A stretch of DNA of 64,000 bases from Perkinsus chesapeaki ATCC PRA-425. Its lineage: Eukaryota > Protista > Perkinsozoa. Position numbers and translations under genes: made by a program. This document shows, piece after piece, positions 11,901-25,296 of the stretch (its first letter is position 1; each line of letters starts with the position of its first letter). The notes under the pieces were generated by a model. That model ran no database searches. It saw only the letters and a list, made by a program, of their open reading frames with translations, and was not told the DNA's origin. The stretch lies in NCBI GenBank assembly GCA_013115145.1, contig JAAPAO010000124.1:4271-68270 (forward strand). Reading direction: 5' to 3'.

Positions 11901-14900
11901 GTCGACCGATGACCTCACAACAGTGGCATTTGGTTGCTTTCCTCCGATAGGGTAGGATCGTTATTCGTAATGGTCGGCGAGAGTGTTGGACGGATTAGGT
12001 CCATCGAACCTCAAGGGTTTGCCCTCATAACGGTATTGTATCGTCCACGAGATGACGGTATTGAACCTGGCGTGGCGATGGAGACCTCCGGCAAATTTAA
12101 ACTTATGTTGAATGACCAACAGGATGCAGCTGTCACTCTGGAAGTTACCGGAAAGTGTTGGTCAGGCTCACCGATACAGCTCGGCGAGCCCTCGCAAGAG
12201 GTGCGCCTACCGTTGGTGTCTTTTCGTGGCGCAGTGACGTATTTGTCCATCTAGATCATCACTCTCCCACCCTGCAGTAAAGGATCATTCAGCTCGGTAT
12301 CAGTTGATATAAGCAATCCTTCTGGCATATCTCTGAAGTGGACACTCAACATCCCAAAGGCGCATCGCAACCTCTTCTCCCTGCCCACTACAATGGGACA
12401 GCTTCCGTCTTATGGACGCAGCACGGTCATGGTGACGTATCACCCAACAGCAGAGTCGAGTGGCAAAGATATCGGTTGGGTGCATGCGACAAGCGTCCCT
12501 GTGTAAGCTTGTACTGTCAGTTCCGTACTGTTACAATATACGCCACTTCAGTGGAGGAGGCAAGGCGTGTAAACGCCGATGGAAGTTGGTGGGGATAAGT
12601 CAAGATCCGGTTATTCGATGCGAGCCATCTGTTGTCGATCTTGGTCCGATACCAACACTTTGTCGAATCAGTGCAGCAGTGCAGGTAAGGATATTGTAGA
12701 TCTGACTGATAAGGAACCTGCGTACGAGCTTCTTACCCACTTCACCTCCATCACGTGCGGTTTGACGTAAACCCTTCGTTTTACAGTATGCAGTCTCGTG
12801 ATGTCTTTTATCACACGTGCGTAAGTGAAATATCTTTCCCGAGCCCGATTGCAAATGTATCGCATCTTTGCCCGTTGTCAGATACGTAACTGCTCATCAG
12901 TGGTTGTTCATTATACCACTCGAGTCACTCTACTGGCACACGAGCCTTCTCTGGGAGATCCGATTGCATGTCCATCACATCTCACTACTACTTGCTCAAT
13001 TAGGCCCACCGACGCCCAAGGCTGCCTTTGCCCTGGGGCGATCGAAGCTGTGGTGTTCTCTGTCAAAACTGCCATTAGAGGGAAATATCAATTCAGGTGA
13101 GCCACAGCATAATACGGAATCCAATACCCGTACCTAGGATCGACTTCCTACCGATCCGCGGTAGTGGTGAGGATGAGCTGGCAAGTATCTGGCCGATTGG
13201 CAGCGTGACAGTTACGGCCAATTGTCAGACTCCTGTGGTAGGAGGCCGCCGCTTGATTCTGGGGAGGGCACTTTCGGCTGATAGGTGCAAGTGATGGACT
13301 TGCGTGTTGTCAGCGATAATCGGCGGGACATTGACGATGTTGAGAATGGCGGCGAAGGTAAATTTTGAGAAGGATATTTTTGAGGTTGAGTTTAGGGCCT
13401 GCAAGTTGTCGACCGGTGTCTGCTATTTGGCAGCACCTGATGATAGATGATTTCAACGTTGCCCTGAAAAGCCCGTTGAACGACACAGAAAAGGATATGA
13501 TAGAGAGAGAAGGCAAAGGTGGCATTGGTAAGAATTAGACTGAAGTACATTGAGTGGCTACCAGCCAGACTAGACAGTGGTGGGCTTAGCTGGGGTATTG
13601 TCATCATCAAACATGGTCTCCTTTTCATCTCCTCATTTCGTACCTTGTTAATTCTCATCGATGGTGTCTAACAGCAGTTACTGCTGCCTATTACGTTGGG
13701 TTGACCAGCTTGGGTACGATCCCGATGGAATTGGCTGCGGGAAAAGTTACTTCATGCAACTTGCCTTTATAGGACCGGACAAGATGGATGTGCTCCTTAG
13801 CGCTCTGGATGATACAATAACTCTCAACCTTGGCACAGGAGCCATCGGCACTTCCACGCTCACCATGTAGCCTGTCTCATACCGCTCCCTTCTATAACCA
13901 TTTCAGATACGCAGCATTTGTAAACGTCTCGGACATTCCGGTGGATATCCGCTTCATCACTCCACGAGACACTCATCTGGAAGGCTCTAGTATTCCCTTG
14001 TGGGCGTATGCTCACTTGGATGGTGATGGTATGGAGTTGGCAAGGCACCACAAATGGGTAAGTTCGATGGCAGCAGCCCGAAGTGCTATAAGCTTTTGTC
14101 AGGTTATGGATGAGCATATCTTGGACGTTCGTCCGAGACATTGTATGATCGAGCCTGGCAAGCTCTTACATGTTAAATTTACATATCGTCTGGCTCATAT
14201 CGGCATGCATGTTTTACCCATTGTCTTGCAAATCGGTTACGGCAAACGTTTGAGGTTGTTACTCACCGGCAACACACTTCCGAGAGGATTGCCGAGACTC
14301 AGTGTGAGGAAGGAACGTATAGTGTAGCGAACTGATAGAACCTGTTCGTTCTTCCCACACTTCGATCAGACTGGAACCTGTTGCCATCGGTGGTGCCATG
14401 TCGAATGGGGCCATCGGCACCTGTGGTGGAGCATGCGAGCAGACCATTGAGCTTTCTAACTTTGGAGGTGTGTCCTATTAAAGCTCACCCGCCTTACTGT
14501 CAATGCATTGAGACCCCTAAGAGATATGACCCCTAACTACCTCAATAGTACTTATTGAGTATATCAGTATGATTATGATAGTGTGTAATTTATTATCCAA
14601 CTATTGAATGCTGTATAATATACTCCTTTATCATTCACTATTTAATTTCTAAACCCCTAGATATGAATATTAAATAATAATATATAAATAATGTATATAA
14701 TACAGGCAGGTTGTTAATGTGACGTTAAAGCACACTCGGAGATGCCTAATACCATATAGCTTGTAATTGGTTCCTATTCAGGTGGAGCAGCTCCTTGGCG
14801 AATATGTGTAAAAGATATCGAAGATTTCAACAAGTCTAACTATCATTTTAAAGTTCTCGACATTCGTCCCACCTCAGGGCTACTTGCACCCAATGTAAGG

Positions 14901-17591
14901 TCATCTATTATAATTTCTTTGCAAAACTATCAGACGATGAACTACCGTTGCATTTCTACATCTCAACGTCGATGAAGTTGTTTCATCGTTTGTGTTCTTC
15001 CAACCGTCTGCAATCGTCTCAATGTCAATACCGTACTTGCTTCTACTCATATTTCGCCGTATCATGTCACGATCGTTATCCCAACCTTTTACCCCTTCTC
15101 TTAGGGCACCACATTCTTGCATGTATTCTTCTGTCCTATTGAGCCCAAGGACTATCATATCCAGGTCAGTGAGTTGCCATTTACCATTGCTATACCCTCT
15201 ATAGTTGCATGTTGAGCTACTCAACGGTGTGCCAGAGGACGAGTCTAGCGCGGTGGTCGAAGATCTCACATTCGACTTGATCTTGCCAGCTTTTGATCCC
15301 AGGAAAGTGAGACGCTCACTGTGGCCTCCTGAAGCGTTGATGAGATAAATCAGCAGCAGCAAAGACATTTTGGATTTCGAGTTCTCTTCGCTACCATCTC
15401 TGGGGTTTCCGTTGGCTTTTCTTTGTTGATTACCACCGTCTCCTCCGACATGGGATGCAAACGCTCTGTTTCAGCCTCGCTCGGATAACTCTTCATCCGC
15501 CACACTCATTTTCTCCCCTAATTTACCAAGTCGATCATTGGCACCTGTCCACACATACGGTGCAAGCCTCCTTATGGAACACATAGATTTTGGCAACGTC
15601 TCAGCTGGTAAGGTTCTGTGGAACTCGTGAGCGTCGAACAACAGGTATTATAACAACTGCTTCTCAGGCTTGAGTAAGCTGATTCTCACTTTAATTATTA
15701 TTGTAGTAAATCCCTTTTGATGTTTCTCATAGCTTTACGCGTGCCGTAGGGAAAGTGTTTCAAAGGTGATTATAGTTCCACTGCCCTTTGCACCTGTTAG
15801 GGTGTATTTTACTGCTCTATTCAGAATACTTCATTTACCGAGCAGGTTCCATAACCCATCGTTTGACGTATCTTTCCAACCGAACTCAAGATATGGTTAT
15901 GCACTACAGGTGAGTAAGATGCTTGTGTTGACGGCGGGGAGCCTGGGAAGCAGATGGGATCTTCGTGGGCTCCTTCGAGGGTGTGACGCTGACGATACAT
16001 CCATCCGTGGCGGGCAGATGATCATCTCGCCGGAGGTCGCGGATCGTGTGAGATCGTTGGGTCAGCTCCCACTTCAGGAAGGGCTTCTTCTACCCGGAAC
16101 CATCAAGCCCGTTATCTTCACACTCAACGTTCCTACTGGCATCGCTGGCTTGGCGATAGATGGGGAAGCTCAGTGCACTGTGGGGGGGGATAGAATACCG
16201 CTCCTACAGTATCGTCGGCGATCAGATCACATCCTGGACTGCAATCGAAGAACTTGAAAGGAGCTTATGTCAAAGCGAGGGCCCTGAAGTCACCGCAGAG
16301 TAAGTAGATTTGCGGCAGTCGATGGTCGGACGCCAATGGTAAGGGACAGTTCCCTCTGCGAGGAGGAAGAGATTATAGCCGAGCATAAAGACCACCGTCA
16401 TGAGCCAGCCTACTCCAAGAGGGATCCTTTCAAGCCCAAACATGTGTCGGTTGTGAATCGTTTGACGGTTTCGAGGTCAGCTCTCACTTGCAAGACCCAG
16501 GTTCGACCCGCGGTGTCGGCGCTTTAGGTTCCGCCATCTGGCGTCGACCGCGGCCGGGCAGAAATTCTTAAATGAAAACTTGAGTCGTTCGATGATGCTG
16601 TCCGCCGATCTGCCCTCGGAGGCCAGAATAGATGACTTACACCAACAATTGGTGAGATAGCCCACCAAAAACGCAGAACATGAAGCGCTTCGCTCCGCTG
16701 TAGATTCGGTCGATGCTCCTAACGTCCGATTCCAGGGATTTGCGGTCCATCGCTCGTCGGGCAGCTGCCGAGGAAAGTCTGAGCGATGATAAGTGCACTG
16801 GCAGTCTGACAAAGTTCCCATCATTTTTCACGCAGGGGCGTGATTAGCGCCCTAACTTCGGTGGCCGACGAGAAGGTAGAAGGCGGCAGTAGAATGGCGT
16901 CAAGTTATGGTATGGATCAAAAGCCTAGTCGATGCCCTCTACATTTGAGGGTAACAATCAGGTCTAGTATTGATACAAGGTAGGCCGCTGGAGAGCAGAC
17001 TTGAAGGGGATGCTGTCAATAGGTGTGATGATGATGAGCTCATTAAGGCAGATGATGATACACCCATGCCAGCATTAGATTGCACTAAAGATGCTCAAAA
17101 GGTTAGATCTTTGTTAAGCTGTTGCTCGTATGCGAGAGAGGATATAGGAGCAGCGGCACACTTCGCAATGTGCATTATAGATCATCAGAGTGCCTCCAGG
17201 CGTCGGTACATCCACAAATATTATAACTCATAATTCCATAGTGGGACATAGGCACCCGTCACCCTCCGTATAACAGCACTGCAGCGCCGCCGCCGTTGCC
17301 GACTTTGGCCACTCGTTCGGCGTAACATTCATTTATTGACTAAAATACCTTTATTAGCCTTACGTTTGTATAATCAACTCTTAATAATATTTTATGTTAG
17401 AGCTCCTGCCGTCTTCTGATTAGTCTTCACTCTCCTGGGAGAGCTGCTTGGAGATTCAGGTTATTGAGGATCTGATACGTCAAGTCCTAGCAGAAGAGGG
17501 CTTATCGACATTAATCACCACGCAAGTCGACTCGAAGCCATTGACAGCTCTGTCGGTAGTGACGAACCACCAAATGTATTGTAAACGATAA
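8959..17591 (+). CDS. CFAP65: Cilia- and flagella-associated protein 65 (CCDC108), multi-exon
   Basis: Hand-spliced N-terminus ...ERLNLCG|INCPDDITFRAGTWDVGQEV...YPQPIKIPPGLTEKIPVTFRP (cf. PQPIFLSPGITLTLPIVFRP); repeated ASH/MSP-like Ig folds (ORF 10646-11575); PKENR|SYR; VVNRLTVSR|FRHL; last exon VIEDLIRQVLAEEG...KR*. Confidence 0.85.
10087..10120 (-). pseudogene. tRNA 3'-half fragment, antisense within a 44-nt CFAP65 intron (10077-10120)
   Basis: Minus strand CTAAATGGTCGCAGGTTCGATTCCTGGTAGAGGC followed by TTTTT: variable loop, canonical B-box/T-arm, 7-nt acceptor strand, Pol III terminator-like run. Confidence 0.55.
16476..16522 (+). pseudogene. tRNA-Glu(CTC)-like 3' fragment forming a 52-nt CFAP65 intron (16476-16527)
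   Basis: GTCAG-CTCTCAC-TTGCA-AGAC-CCAGG-TTCGACC-CGCGG-TGTCGGC: Glu-type anticodon loop CT CTC AC, variable loop, B-box and acceptor-like 3' strand. Confidence 0.55.
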
Positions 17592-18810
17592 AATCATTGA
17601 TCTGGCAGGACCGGCCTCCCGTACCGAGGCCGTCTGCTGCGAGAAAGGTCGCCAATGGAGACGACTATTGGAAAGTCCCTAGTTGGGACATTGATGAGAA
17701 TGGAAAGGTTGGCTGGTCGCTTGCAGCTGGTATCAGTACTTGGTTTAGTTGTACGTGATGAGAAGCCAGAGTTATAGCGTACCACCAGGGCTCGAGGTCT
17801 GTATGTGAGCATTTCGTGCGAACTAGGTATTGCAGGTTGACGGTGAGATAGATGAGCTCCTCACTGAGGCGTTGAGCGGATCAGAGCAAGTTGGGTGGTA
17901 TGATAGTGTGCTACTGTTGAAGAATGGTGCGGCTTCGGTGAGGTTGATGGTTTGAGTATTGTTTATATAGGGGAAACGAACAAGATGAAGAAGGTCGAAG
18001 AAATGGCAGAGACCGCAGGATTGGAGAAAGTAGGAACGACACGGCTATGTCATTTCTTCAACTTTATCACGACAATTTAAAGAGACCAGTTATGAATAAT
18101 ATTAGCAAACCAGGAAATAATGCAAGTAACTTATAGGCAATATTGAGAAGTGTCATATGCTTTCATTGTCACTCATAACTCCACATCACTATCGAGTGGG
18201 GTCTGTAAGGCTGCTCTAAATGATGCTATGATACGTAATGATTATCTCAAACAACTCAGGTGGTTGGTGAGCCGGTGAAGAGAGCCCAAGGGCCGAAAGG
18301 CTGGCCTGAGGTAGCAGGGCAATCACCCTTCAGTGTGGGCTAGCGGGGCTCAGGTTGCTAATGATATCATCAAGAGACATATCTTGTCGGTTATTGATAA
18401 GCTTACTCAACCCACTCATCGGCTGCCTTCAACGTCCTCATTATAACCATGATTGATGTCTATAGATTCTGCGTGGCAAACTGCAGTTTTGTTAGTTAAT
18501 GGTTATTTTAACCGATCCAATGAACTTTCAACATCTCTTCTTGCTTCAAAGCCTCCTTTGCTGTATCTGAGCTGATGAGCTCAGCAGAATATCTTCCGCG
18601 GAATGATGGGTTATCAACATTTTATTGAATTGTTAGCCTTTGGAATGCTGTGCCTTCCATCGGCTCGGTTGTGTATTCATGGCAAAGGGGATCCTGGACA
18701 GCAGCGGGCGTAGATACGACAAGTCTGTTTTTTCAAGATAGGGAAGTGTAAAAATATCTACTGCATTATAATCTGTCACTCTTTAGTTGAGTAACGTTAG
18801 CCTTAAGATA

Positions 18811-19603
18811 ATGAATATATCTCTAAACGGCAACAATACGATTCGGTCTCTCGGTGATAATGGAGTCGACAGTCAGACTTCTAAATCCGATTTATATATA
18901 AAACGTTTCGAAGGCTTCAATCAAGTGAGAGAAGTGCGATATACGGTGATAGAATAATGCCACTCAGGATGGCAAAGGCTGTCCGGTAGCTCAGCTAGGT
19001 CATCTCCTACGACTATGCGGTTTTAGTCCAACCCGGGCTATGCTAGATGCCTTCGAGGTCATACGAAGTGTTATTGTCAAGTAAAATGAGTTCTTCAGGC
19101 CGAGATCGGCAGGTCCGAAGACGCTCGCGTATCATCACAGCAGTTCCTCGCATTTTGCTCAAGATGTGTTGATCATCTCCGGCAGAATAATCCCCACGAT
19201 CTTAAGTCGTTTTTTGCTCCCATGGATCCTGAAGATACTGGCGTTATTAGCATTAAAGCCTTCAGGTAAGATGATGATTTCATCTCACTACCTTGACTAA
19301 ATCGTCTTGTATATCACATCGTATGCACCACCCCCGAGCACCGTTTCACGAAGGTGTAGCGTTAGGAAGCTGTATCCCTGTTAGAACGCTTCCCCCCCCC
19401 CCCGCTTTGGAGACGTTAGTTTTGCTGCTTAGGTCGGTCATGGAAAATGCTGGTGATGCTTTCACGAGGGAAGAGGTCGACATATTCGTCAATGATTTCT
19501 CTAAGGACGGTATAGTTGTAGATTACCGTGCTATGATAGACACGTAGGTAGGGCTATCATACACTATATGATGTTATGACACAGGATATATCAGAAGCCA
19601 TGA
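18811..19603 (+). CDS. Calmodulin/light-chain-like EF-hand protein
   Basis: Hand-spliced: DGKGCPVAQLGHLLRLCGFSPTRAMLDAFE|...FFAPMDPEDTGVISIKAFR|SVMENAGDAFTREEVDIFVNDFSKDGIVVDYRAMIDT|IYQKP*. Confidence 0.75.
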
Positions 19604-20238
19604 ACGATGATGCTATTGTAGCAGCAGTGAGAGCATGATTTATTATTCTCAGCAAAAGTTTGGCTGCTTTGTGTTCAAGTCTGAACGCAATTAAACCGCG
19701 ATAGGCGAACGCGAGCACAGTGGGCAGAATAGCTTCTTCGTTTTCGACCACGACTACTACTTAACTTGACATAGACCTCAACTAGGTGCTACCGTTTTTA
19801 AACAGTTTCCCGCTGTTCTTTTCTACCTGCCTCTATGCTGCTCTGTAAAGCGGTGGGTGCCATCATATGTATTACTATACTGACTAAGGCGGCAATACTG
19901 CCACTTGATAGCGGTCAGTCATGGGTTGATAGAAGTCGAGTTATCGCCGAAGGGGGACGAGTTGAAGAGTAAGGCATGAGCGGACGACTTTGAGCTACTT
20001 CCTGCCCTACGGATGTACAACGCGTATTCGCGATGATGAGCTAACCCTTATCACGTAAAGCGATAGTGGTATAGACGGCACTGATATGAAGAGCTCATAG
20101 AGCGCCGCCCCTCGTTCCCGAAGATCGATGGGACTTTGCAACCAGTCCATACGGCAGGGTCGCAAAGAATACTGTAAATGAGATATTGGCACACTAGGTG
20201 GAGCACAACTGCCTTATCTAGCGGAGTGCCGATGGGGT

Positions 20239-21625
20239 TTGGTGATTAGTCAGCATTGCACCCGATTGACCGATTGTAGATATCTTCGTGTCGTTCTGCG
20301 CTATGACCAGGATATCTACATTCGGTTATGTGGCACAGAGGAGGTCTACTCAGCTGAGCTCAAAGCCTGCGTTAGATGCCCGCCACGGTATAGCATAACT
20401 ACTGACCATACCTCACACTTGCAGCTTTTAGCTGCTTCAACTCTCGCCATATAGAGCCGCGAATAGAAGGAGTGAAATGCATCTGCGACAGGAACAGTCC
20501 ATCATTATGGAATCTTACACTAGACGACCTCTCCGAACAGCAACGCAACGCTCGAATGCCTCATCGGCTCGGTAGGGTTGATCATCTTACCTTAGTAGAT
20601 AGTGAGGTTATCAGACACCGTCTTTGCCGATGTTAGAGACCCCACTGTTCATGCCCTCAACGAGACCAATGCCACAATAGCACACTACAGTCGAGGTGTC
20701 TGGTAGGGAGCATTATTATCTGATGTATCTCGAGAACTAATAGTTGTCATGTAGGACTGTTATTGGGCTTCCGATTCAGCTCACGTGCACGAATCATACT
20801 GAAGAGGACGATATCGCCGAGGCTATGATCAGGCGCTTTGGTCACCTTGCCCCTCCAGTAAGCGAACTAGTTATGATTGTCGAATGGAAAACGGCGAAGA
20901 TACCGTCGGACACACTGTGGTGGACTTTACGACCTCGAACGTCTTTTGGAGTGGACGAAAGTATAGACTCTATGTTAACACAAATGGCTATGGTCCAACA
21001 ACCGGGCGTTATTGCATTGCTTATTCCTACAAGTGAGTGAAGTGGCCTTATACACGTTTAGTGGTTCGCTCAGGGATCATCCACCACAGAAGTGTCTCTA
21101 CTCCAGGGTTCATGAGCTCCGACGATATCATCAGGTTGATTGATATACTGTTGAGGTTGCGAGCATCTCGTCAGGCGTTGTTCGATAAGCTTCCCTAACG
21201 ATGGTCTCATCAGCGCCGATCGCGGAGGGGCTTTCTTGTCCTCTGTGGACCTGAGATCGCTCGAAGATCGTAACTGGCCATTTTACTGGTTAAGCTGTAT
21301 TCAATAATTAGGCACGTCGAGTGCAGCAGGAAGTTGTGGGATAGATTCAGTTCAGAGGGTCATCGATCAAATAGATGCTGTGACCGATCGGGCGTCGTCT
21401 ACAGCAGTGAGCTCTTCGCAGGTTAAACTGATGATGAAAGAAGCGGGTAGGCTAAGCCAGAGCTGTACGGATCATAGCAAGGAGTATCCTTACTCTGAGC
21501 CGGTCATTGCAGGCAGTACCGTTACTGAAGAGAGAAGCCTGCGGATAGGTAGGCCTTCATTCGCTCATCTATTCATCGCAAGCGTCATGCTGAGGACGAT
21601 GCACTTGAAATCCTTCGACCCTTGA
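20239..21625 (+). CDS. Hypothetical multi-exon protein (boundaries uncertain)
   Basis: Co-oriented ORF pieces 20239-20454, 20744-21040 and 21380-21625 separated by GT-AG intervals; no motif recognised. Confidence 0.35.
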
Positions 21626-23059
21626 GCAATAACACGTGACATAAATAATCGGTTTATTACCCTCATAATAGGAGTTTTCGCTGTGTGCTCTTCCTTCGCC
21701 ATCCACACTTGTGTAGTTTTAGCAAAGTCAATGGCCTCTATGCTCAGTTCATCGATAGCGTGCCCAAAATGATAATTTCCAGATAGGGCTCGTATCAGGT
21801 ATACTTAAGTATTTATCGACTTATAACGTCAAGCTAGCATCGCAAGTGAGCGGATCACAACCGTTATGCACCATGTCATACTGCTACCTTTAGTCACCCT
21901 CTTAATATCTTTCCGACAGGTACACAATTTGGAATCGTCGACGTCTGCGTAATCTAGCCAACCGTGCTATGTCCTATACGGCAATGGATACTTTTGGGCG
22001 TTGTTGGCAGCTTGCTGAGGACTTGGTCATTCCACACTTTGAAGAGCTCTCTTCTAGTACTCCATTTTGCAAGCGTGACCCGATCGTAGATGCTGAGAGG
22101 TGAGCGCCTCCGAAGGACACCACTTGCTTCTTTGGATAATATTTTGATTGGACAGATAGACTTCTTCTTGCTAATTGCTATTGACATTTTACTAGTTCAT
22201 CAGGCAAACGGGCTCTTGCTGATTATTTAACTCATTCCCTCGCTCCTCCAGCTGCTAGCGGAAACACCAATGCCGTCGTAAATGAATAATTTATCATCGC
22301 CGGTGTGTCATTCCATCACACATTCCATGTCAATTGATCGGGATCCTCTAGTATCCGTTCAGACTGCAAGTATGTGCTGTTTCAGCTATTATGGAGACCC
22401 ATGCTGCAATGCTGCCATTTTGCATGAGAAGCCGTGCCAGTCTCGAGCGGCGGTAACGGGGCTATCGTCTCAGCCTTGGAAAGTAGCATATTTGATACGT
22501 TCAGTGCCATTGACATGTTCACATCAGATCAATGTCACTCTGGCTGCTATGAGCTGTCTGAAGGATGACACAGGCTCTGCTTCCTACGTTCGAAAAGCAC
22601 TGCAAGTTGGCAGCACTGTGGTTCATCGTCAATTGTTCTCTGGAATTGGAGATGATTGTGACGCTCGGGTGCGCTTGGACGTTTTCCCTTCTACACGATG
22701 ATTCTTCCCACTTTCCACCGAGTCACTCACAGCTACAGTTTCTGTCTGACTACTATTGTATACCATCGTTGCTTGTTACCCTTCGTCATGTTTTTTCTGA
22801 CAACTGCGCGAAAGCTCTGGGCGCGGTTTTGCTGACGTGCATATAGGCGAACGCACGGCTTGTATAATCTGTGCCGCATTGATACTTGACGTCTGTCCGG
22901 AATCATTGAGCTGCTTGATCAGATTAAGCGAGATCTCCTCATTGAGTCTAGGGTCCACTCGTCAATCGAGTCCTGCATGGAGTCTGTATATGGGCGGTGA
23001 GTCTGGTAGGGATCTCACCTGATTGCTAGTTATTAATTAGATACAATCGAAGAGTTCAC

Positions 23060-23953
23060 ATGCGGGTTGGTTCGGCCTGTACTAAGGACTCTGATTGCAG
23101 TGCTAGTGGCCAATGCCTTATAAGTACACGACGGGAGGATCGTTACCGTACAGCTTGGCGAGATGTAAGCTTGAAAACTACACTGCATTCATCCGTTAGC
23201 GGCGTATGCATTATGTTAAACTTAAAGACTCGGTATACCACAGCTTTATAATTTATGATACTCACCTTGCTTACTCCTTTTTACATAGCGAGTCCCTATT
23301 TAGGCCCATGAAGGTGGAATGAAACGAGACCCTAACAGCAGACGTGTTGGCAGCGGCTACTGTAGAGTTCTCTCTGGTACGGACGAGATACCCCCTTTCG
23401 AAATTATCTATTGTATAGGCAAGGCTGCATTAGTAGCCCTGCTCCAGTGCTTGGAGAGGGACTGGAGCCCGCTTATTACCAGAAATATTGCAATCGAGCT
23501 TGGTATGGGCCTCAATATTACCGTCGACAGTAAGACTGCTCACCCAGCAACTACCAAGCGCCGAGTCAGGTGTTGCTGAGGAGTTGATGTCAAGCGTTGG
23601 AATCAAGGGGAAGTGTGTGGGGCCTAAGACTCCCCTAGAAAGTAGCATCTCCTGTGAGCTACTATACCGGCAAGGTTATAGTAGGTTACGATGATGACTT
23701 CAACGCTGGCAAGGATACCGCAGAGAAGTGTATCATGAGATCCCCTAAGACTTGCAATTGGAACATTAATGTAGGTCCTCAGGCTCATGGAACAGCAGCA
23801 GCAGCAGCCACCGCCTGCTCTATATCTGACATTCTTAGTTGTATACTTGTGTCCATTGAACACTGTTTGAGGTCATTAGCACTGGTACAGTCACAGTGTT
23901 TCACAATCGCAGTATGCGCAGTACTGAAATGTTTCATACTTGATTTTTCTTAG
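23060..23953 (+). CDS. Hypothetical Cys-containing protein (boundaries uncertain)
   Basis: ORF pieces such as CTKDSDCSASGQC, GYCRVLSG and KCIMRSPKTCNW on +; no family recognised. Confidence 0.35.
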
Positions 23954-25296
23954 TACTCCGATGATGTAACATCGGCTTGTGTATGAACAAGGCTTCCGAC
24001 AGTCTGTATTGTACAACTAATATCAATCAAATCGATATGTCTCAGATTATCTCTAGAGATTTCTGCGAGACCAACTACGATACAGACACGAGTTCTTGCC
24101 GACCTTTCGACGAGCAATGGGCGTAATCAAGCCTCTTGGAGGGCGTGCAGCCTTTGTGGCATCAGTTACCAACAGAGCTCCCCTAGTGTATGCATGCCTG
24201 TGAGTGAGCGATCAGATCAGCATTGTTGGGAGGCATTCGATAAGCTTGTAGAGACCACAGAAGAGTCGGCATGAATCTGCTCTGCTTCTGGAATAGTCTA
24301 TACAGAATGTGCCTAAATGAAGCCACTACTACCGAGCAGGCTGCTGCATGTGAAGCCCGACGTATGCTACACACACAATGGTTGACTGAATGCACTACTA
24401 CAGTGTGCGATATAGTCGAGGCTCTAGGCGGTTCAGAGTAAGCTTTCAATTCATGCTCCTCACTCTCTGAGATGTACATCAGGTCTGGTTCGGGTTTTGT
24501 AAGCACAAGCCTCATCGACCAGCACTGTGAGACCGTGTCCCGATATTGATATGTTCATGGTCTCAGGCACTGTTACGAATAGGAATACAGCAATGCTATG
24601 TATGGATTCCTGTAGAGAGACCAGCGGCCCCCAGCCTTTAGCAGCCAGGGAGTGCTACAGGCCGATGGACCCTACTGAGACTGAGGACGACTGTAAGCGA
24701 TCGAGTCACGATATAGTCCTTATAAGCATTCGACAGGCTTGAGAAGCATCGAGGGTGACGTTCAAGTACATTACCGTGTCGATGATGGAGTGGAGGTCCC
24801 CACGAGCGGAATGGTATTGGAGACTGATGAGCTTATGCGATCGCCTCATCCCCAACCGGCTTTTTGTACGTATTTGTTATACGCTAGTTAATAAAGTAAC
24901 GTCGAGCTTGGAAAGGCACTGTGAGAAGCTTCGTCAAGGGCCGCAAATCGGCCCGACTTGTCGATATAGAAGCCCAGATGCAGAAACGTTGGGAGGCCGT
25001 CGCTCTATGGAAGGAGCAAGCCAAACAGGTGCGTCTGCTGATTCTTTCTGATGCTTGCGATCTCGTGGCTGCAGGGTAAATTGATGGCACAGGCTGAGCA
25101 GTACGACTTCAGCCAGCCTCGACTAGAGGATGATATTGGAGACTCGCCTAGTAGGCGAGTGACCCCCTCACTTGCTTTCGTAACTCCTCGTGCAAGGTGA
25201 CATCTTACAGAAGGCCCTTAGCGAATCATGTCATGCGCAGTGTGCATGCGACTGTGCCAGCTGTATGATCAACGGCACCGACACGTTCACGTTTGA

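Noticed and set aside
14470-14780. Long AT-rich stretch inside CFAP65
   Set aside because: Looks like an ordinary longer intron; no terminal repeats or ORF seen.
18984-19000. GGTAGCTCAGCTAGG tRNA A-box look-alike
   Set aside because: Explained by codons for PVAQLG in the EF-hand gene; no T-arm follows.
25142-25160. 8-bp hairpin ACTCGCCT-AGT-AGGCGAGT
   Set aside because: Short enough to arise by chance in 64 kb.
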